Positions 58,655-64,000 of a stretch of 64,000 nt of DNA are shown piece after piece. The stretch comes from Raja brachyura. Its lineage: Eukaryota. Location of the stretch: contig OY740782.1 of NCBI GenBank assembly GCA_963514005.1, forward strand, positions 76,136,001 through 76,200,000, in the 5' to 3' direction. Numbering within the stretch: the first letter of the stretch is position 1; every line of letters begins with the position of its first letter. The notes below the pieces were generated by a model. It did no database searches, was not told where the DNA came from, and saw nothing but the letters and a program-made list of their open reading frames with translations. The position numbers and the translations under genes are program-made.

Positions 58655-58941
58655 GTGTCACAGTGGAGTAGTGGTAGAGCTGCTGCCTTATAGTGCTGGA
58701 GACCCTGGTTCAATCCTGATTACGGGTGCTGTCTATATGAAGTTATTATGTTGCCATGTGATTACGTGAGTTTTCTCCGGGTGCTCCGGATTCCTGCCAC
58801 ATTCCAAAGATGTGCAGGTTTGTCGGTTAATTGGCTTCTGTAAATATCCCTGGTGTGTAGGATAGAACTGTGTACAGATCATCATTGGACTCGATAGGCC
58901 GAAGTGCCGGTTTCTATGCTGTATCTATAAACTAAACTAAA
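58655..58941 (+). mobile_element. HE1-type V-SINE
   Basis: ggtagagctgctgcc, B box ggttcaatcc, V-domain, (aaact)n tail. Confidence 0.9.
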
Positions 58942-59247
58942 TGATGTAGCTCTAAAGGACTTTGGTTAGGATGCATTTGGAAGATTGCATGCAGTTCTGG
59001 TTTCTCTATTACAGAAAAGATGTGGAAGCTTTGGAGAAGATGCATCAGAGGGTTACCAGAATGCTGCTTGAATTACAGGGTTTCAGCTGCAGGGAGGTTC
59101 AATAGACTTGGATTGTTTCCTCTGGAATGTTGGAGGTTGAGGGGAGACTTGGAAGAAGTATATAAAATTATGAGAGGAATACATAAGGTGGACAGTCAGA
59201 AACATTTGCCCATGGTGTAAATGGCCAACACCAGAGGGAATAGCTAT

Positions 59248-59601
59248 AGAGACATAGAAACATAGAAATTAGGTGCCTGCACCGCCATTCAATATGATCA
59301 TGGCTGATCATCCAACTCAGTATTCCATACCTGCCTTCTCTCCATACCCTCTGATCCCCTTAGCCACAAGGGCCACATCTAACTCCCTCTTAAATATAGC
59401 CAATGAACTGGCCTCAACTACCCTCTGTGGCAGAGAGTTCCAGAGACTCACCACTCTCTGTGTGAAAAAAGTCTTTCTCATCTCGGTCTTAAATGATTTC
59501 CCCCTTATCCTTAAGCTGTGACCCCTTGTCCTGGACCTCCCCAACATCGGGAACAATCTTCCTGCATCTAGCCTGTCCAACCCCTTAAGAATTTTGTAAG
59601 T
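59248..59601 (-). mobile_element. Young CR1 3' end (tttctatg tail)
   Basis: Nearly identical to 55170-55550 apart from a 27-nt deletion. Confidence 0.95.
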
Positions 59602-60064
59602 TGTAAGGTGATAGGGGGAAGTTTAATGGAGTTTAATGTTTCCAAGCTGTATCTCTAAAATAAATTAAAGTCCTTTGGGATGTATTTCTGCAGTGGATGG
59701 TAAATAGATATCCACATGTGGTATCCAAAATCAAGTGGAGAATAATAGTATGTGCGTTATGTTATGCATGTGATCTGTTGCACTGTTGCCAGGAACAAAT
59801 TCAGCAGAATCTTTCATTTTTTAGAGATTTTCTGATGTTGTCAATTTTATCTTTTTTTGTTGGAGATCTAATACACCACATTGAATGTGACTAAAGTTTA
59901 TATTTTTCTAACTGTCCAGGTTGTGTATGTTTCAAGGACCTTGCTATCTTGCCAGACAGGTAAAGTTTGCATTTTGAACACAACCAGAAAATGGTAGCAT
60001 TGTGTCCGCAGCCTCTTTGGCAAGAAGTGGGTCTGCATGTATTTGCCTTTCTCACAACTTTAAC

Positions 60065-60745
60065 AGAATCCTGGAGTCATACAGTGTGGAAATAGGCCTT
60101 TCGGCTCAACTTGCCCACACCGACCAACATGTCTCATCCATATTAGTCTCACCTGCCTGTGGCCCATATACCTCTAAGCCTATGCTGTCTATGTATCTAT
60201 CTAAATGTTGTGATAGTACCTGGCTCGACTACCTCCTCTGGAAGCTCAATCCATATGCCCACCACTTTGTGTAAAAAGGTTACCTCTCAGGTTTCTATTA
60301 AATATTTCCCCTCTCACCTAAATCAATGTCCTTGGGTCTCGATTCCCCTATTCTAGGTAAAAGACTCTTTGCATTTATCCAATCCACTCCACTCATGATT
60401 TAGTACACCTCCATAAGAGCACCCCTCATAATATTGCACTCTTCTGAATAGTGTTTGAGCTTGCTCAACCTTTCCCTATAGCATAGGCACTCAAGTCTTG
60501 GCAACATCCTCGTAAATCTTCTCTGCACCATTTTCCACTTGACAGCATCTTTCCTATAACATAGTGACCAAAATTGAACCAAATACTAATTTTTGAGTAT
60601 TGAATAAAATGTGGTCTCACCAACGTCTTCTATAGCTGCAACACAACCTCCAAAATTCTATCCTTAATATTCTGACTAATGAAGGCCAATGTGCCAAAAG
60701 CTACCACTTTCAAGGAACTATGTACCTGCACTGCAAGATCCCTCT
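60065..60745 (-). mobile_element. Older CR1 3' part
   Basis: ORF 60400-60582 VQFWS.CYRKD...VQRRFTRMLP. 3' UTR aggcctttcggctcaac. Confidence 0.88.
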
Positions 60746-61444
60746 AATAGTGTACTTTCATCTTGTGTCTCTCTATGCACTGGGGGCATTTTTGTATATT
60801 CTTCCTTTGTAGAGAGAGGCTGTGTCTAAGAAGAGACAATTTTGCTGAATGATATGCTGGAATATCTCAAAATTTAGAACATATTCAGAAATTCATAAAA
60901 TATTATAAATAACCAAAGAGTTGAAATAAATACTCCATCTTTGTCACATGCTATAGTGAGAATGTTTGCAGCCCTAGAACCTTGGTATGTATGCTGTATA
61001 GTGTTGACATCACCATCCTGCAGCAAACTCCAACAAATGAAAGGACCCACATCCTAATTTCCACTGGTTTTACACTTTAAATGAAATGTGTGCTCGGGAA
61101 TAGGTTGTGAGGTCTGTAACCATTGAAATAGCTAAGTTCCTGTTCCATTGCTATGGACTACTTCCTGATTATCTGCATCCCGATACAAAAGTGTCAAGTT
61201 CACCAAGGAAAATCACCACTGAATTTACTTTTGATATAACGTTTCAGTAACTAGCTAATGTGCTCATGAGATCCATTCACACTGCTCAATTAATGCCAAC
61301 TTGATAACTTTGGGCAGCATGGATAATTTGAATCACGGGTTATTAATCATTCCATGTACGTTCCCTTTCCCATCATTGCTAATTATCATAATATCTCTGA
61401 GCATACATGCTCCATTTTCTTTCTCTCTCCAATTCAATTTCAAA

Positions 61445-61760
61445 CCCGGTAAGGCCAGCATTTAACACGCATTCCCTGATCTGTGTGGCTTCATATTCTA
61501 GAGAAGAGCTGGCGTGATGGGTATATCTATTCACATTGTGGATAGACTGGATAATAGAGCAGATTTACCTTTCTACGTTGAACCACATGGGTGTTTCTAT
61601 TACCTGGTAGCTTTCATGCTCATCATTTGCAACAGCAATTTCTTAGTCCAGAACTTGATTTAATCAATTAACTGAATTTTAGTTTCCATTAGCTATTATA
61701 GGATTGGAACACATTAGTCTCCGCCATGGGATTATGAGACAATGATGTAACTATTGTACT
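61445..61760 (-). repeat. Ancient SINE-like repeat (family uncertain)
   Basis: aaggccagcattt...attaactgaatttt..ggattggaac pattern recalled from chondrichthyan tRNA-SINEs. Heavily degraded. Confidence 0.4.
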
Positions 61761-63232
61761 GTTGTACATCTACCAGTCATTATTGTATCAATTTAATGGA
61801 AACATAATGTATCGCTGTATGACTACAACTTTATAATTGTGAATTCTCTTTCCTTCTGGTGAAGGGTCTCCAGTTCTCCATTGAAGGGTCACTTTCCTAA
61901 TCATTGACTGTCTTTGATGTCTGAAAGCTCTGTTTTGTTAATTTGTGCAGCTTTAGAATAAAAGGGTTAGAGTGTCTGCCATGAACACAATGCTGGTTAA
62001 GACACTGTTATAGTTTCCAATAAAAGTCCTATAAAATTCCTAAGCATAACCATAAATGTAAAACATTTAATGAACCGGTGAAATTGAACACTGCAATAGA
62101 ACACCATCATTTATTGCTTTGCGTTAAAAAGCATTTCTTATTGACTTTAGTCTTTTGTTATTCTCTTGGTATTGGTGAAAATGGGGCTATCTCCAAAATT
62201 AAATGTTTTTCATGATAATATCCACTTCTTGACCTGTGAAGTGATTAAAAATAAATCTTCAAAAATAATTTTAAAAAACAATACTGAGCCATTTTCTAGT
62301 TTTATTGATGTACAATAATCAGTTTCTCAGTAATGTATTGATGTGAGGATACTTCATTATGCCTCTATAAATGCTTTTGCGCCAGTAGATTTGGGCCTAA
62401 CCCATGTGTTTAAATTGTGTTTTTTTTGTACTGGCTCAGCCAATTTAATCAGAATTTACAAATGTAACCAATTTGAAGAGCCTTCTTTCATCAGCATTTT
62501 CAGCTGTATCTCCTTATGTCTGGCTGGGCCATGAACAGATATGGGGGAAGGTGAATAATATCGGAACATAAGGTTGCGGAAAACACAAGTTTGGGTGCTT
62601 TTGGGGCTAACCTGCAAGTTTAAACTTCACCTTTTGTTGGCAATGCTTCTTTCGATTGCTGCAGCCCCTTTATAAGAGGCAATTCCACAGTGACATTAAG
62701 TCAGGTGTTTCAAGACACAGTGATAAAGAAGGGAGACACAAGGAACTACTATCACAAAATGATCCAAACTGCTGGAGTACCTCAGCAGGTCTGATGCTAC
62801 CTGATAAAGAAGGAAATGTGTTTTATTTCTGAATCAGGATAATGTGTGATTTGAAGTGGAGCCTGTTGCTTGTGGTGTTACCATGGGTTGGCTTGATCTT
62901 TTTGGTGGCAGTATTCCATGGTGCAGGCGACACAGAGGGGACATACGTATTCTACATACGTGATTCAATTTAGATTTACGTCCAAAGGTACTTTATGTTT
63001 GAAAATCTTGGAGCCAAATTATTAAGGATAAATAATAACTTGAAATTAAACGTGACTTTAATAAACTGTTATGTGCCACAACTTCAGATATACAAGATTG
63101 CACTTTTGCAAACCTTGTTTATTTTGTTCACTGAGTAGTATTAGTTTCACCTTAAATATTAATGTGGATACCCGAGTTTGGAATTACCTTTCCTAATGTT
63201 GTTCCCAAGTAGTGCCAAAAGTAAGAGACTAA

Positions 63233-63971
63233 TGGGCCTGTCCCATTTACGTGACTTTTTAGGTGACTATAGGGAACTATGTGGTCACCACAAGGTCACC
63301 ACATGTTCGCCAGAGGTTGCCCGGGTGTTGCCTGCATGGTGGAGAGTAGTTCCCGCATTCTTGTAACTAGTTGAGGCTTCATTCTGGTTGCCGCTAATTT
63401 TTCAAGATGTTGAAAAATTACCGGCGACCAGAATTTTGACGCCATGGAGAGTAGTGAGAATTCTTGTGACGTAGGTGCAGTGGTAGTGGGTTGCCAGGAG
63501 GTCGTGGGTTGTCATAGGTTGTCGTAGGTTGTCGCCGGTGAATTTCGTTGGCTCATTGGGAAAAAAAAACCGTAAACAGTAGTTTTCAGAACCAAGAATA
63601 ACCGACCGGTAATGTTAATGTCCGCCGAGCTTCACAGCCATGTACTTCTGGCTTCTTAAAAGATGTCTCCACTGCTTCCCCACTCTTTTAAAGGACTGTG
63701 ACCCTTCACGAACACTGTGCTTTCACCGTCTTAATTACAGCGCCAACCTTCTTGTTCACATTGGCTTCGCACCATGTGAATTTCACTCAGACAGCGCTCC
63801 CCCTGCTTGCCCTGTCCCCCGCCTGCATAACTGGCTGATGAAGGAAGCGATGTATGTATGTGTGTTGCACTCTGACAGTTACTGTTCCAGTTGGTGGTTT
63901 TTCAGCGGCCTGCTATGACCCTGACAGTCGCCGGCAGTCGCCTGAAAAATTGCCTAAGTGGGACAGGCCCA
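63233..63971. mobile_element. PIF/Harbinger-type MITE, 739 bp
   Basis: TIR TGGGCCTGTCCCA(T/C)TTA at both ends. TAA TSD at 63230-63232 and 63972-63974. Internal 10-bp gtcgtaggtt-type subrepeats at ~63500-63535. Confidence 0.9.
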
Positions 63972-64000
63972 TAAGAATAGAGCATTGAAAGTCATCCAAA

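Larger units (their letters stand above)
58570..59668 (+). mobile_element. Older CR1 split by HE1 and by a young CR1
   Basis: gggcattgagtacaag...ttggaagattgcatgcagttctgg...RLRGDLEEVYKIMRG. Tail ctgtatctctaaaat. Confidence 0.8.

Noticed and set aside
5500-64000. SKAP2 terminal exons expected on the minus strand
   Set aside because: No SH3-type WWVGE/VPK.Y coding sequence was seen; the gene presumably lies beyond the window.

Overview
Vertebrate genomic DNA, almost certainly from a cartilaginous fish (skate/ray-type repeat complement: HE1-type V-SINEs, CR1/HER1 LINEs, Deu-domain SINEs, Penelope-like elements). It contains three N gaps. The only recognisable gene is the 3' end of SNX10 (last two coding exons, + strand, 2109-2720). 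By conserved synteny the rest should be the SNX10-SKAP2 interval on the 3' side of the HoxA cluster, but no SKAP2 exon was found. Just downstream of SNX10 is a ~5.7 kb CpG-retaining, nearly TE-free domain. It holds a minus-strand promoter (GC box, CCAAT, RFX X-box), a strong-context ATG, a phase-0 donor and an in-frame downstream exon, together a candidate unannotated 108-aa antisense gene. The remainder alternates between enhancer-like unique blocks and nested mobile elements: CR1, RTE with a 5' inversion, an L1 fragment inside a 46-bp duplication, Rex1/Babar, hAT and Harbinger non-autonomous elements, tandem Helitron-like units, a solo LTR, and several short hammerhead-ribozyme-bearing Penelope pLTR insertions with their own TSDs. 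All repeat family names come from recognition by eye, not database searches, and the boundaries of old repeats are approximate.
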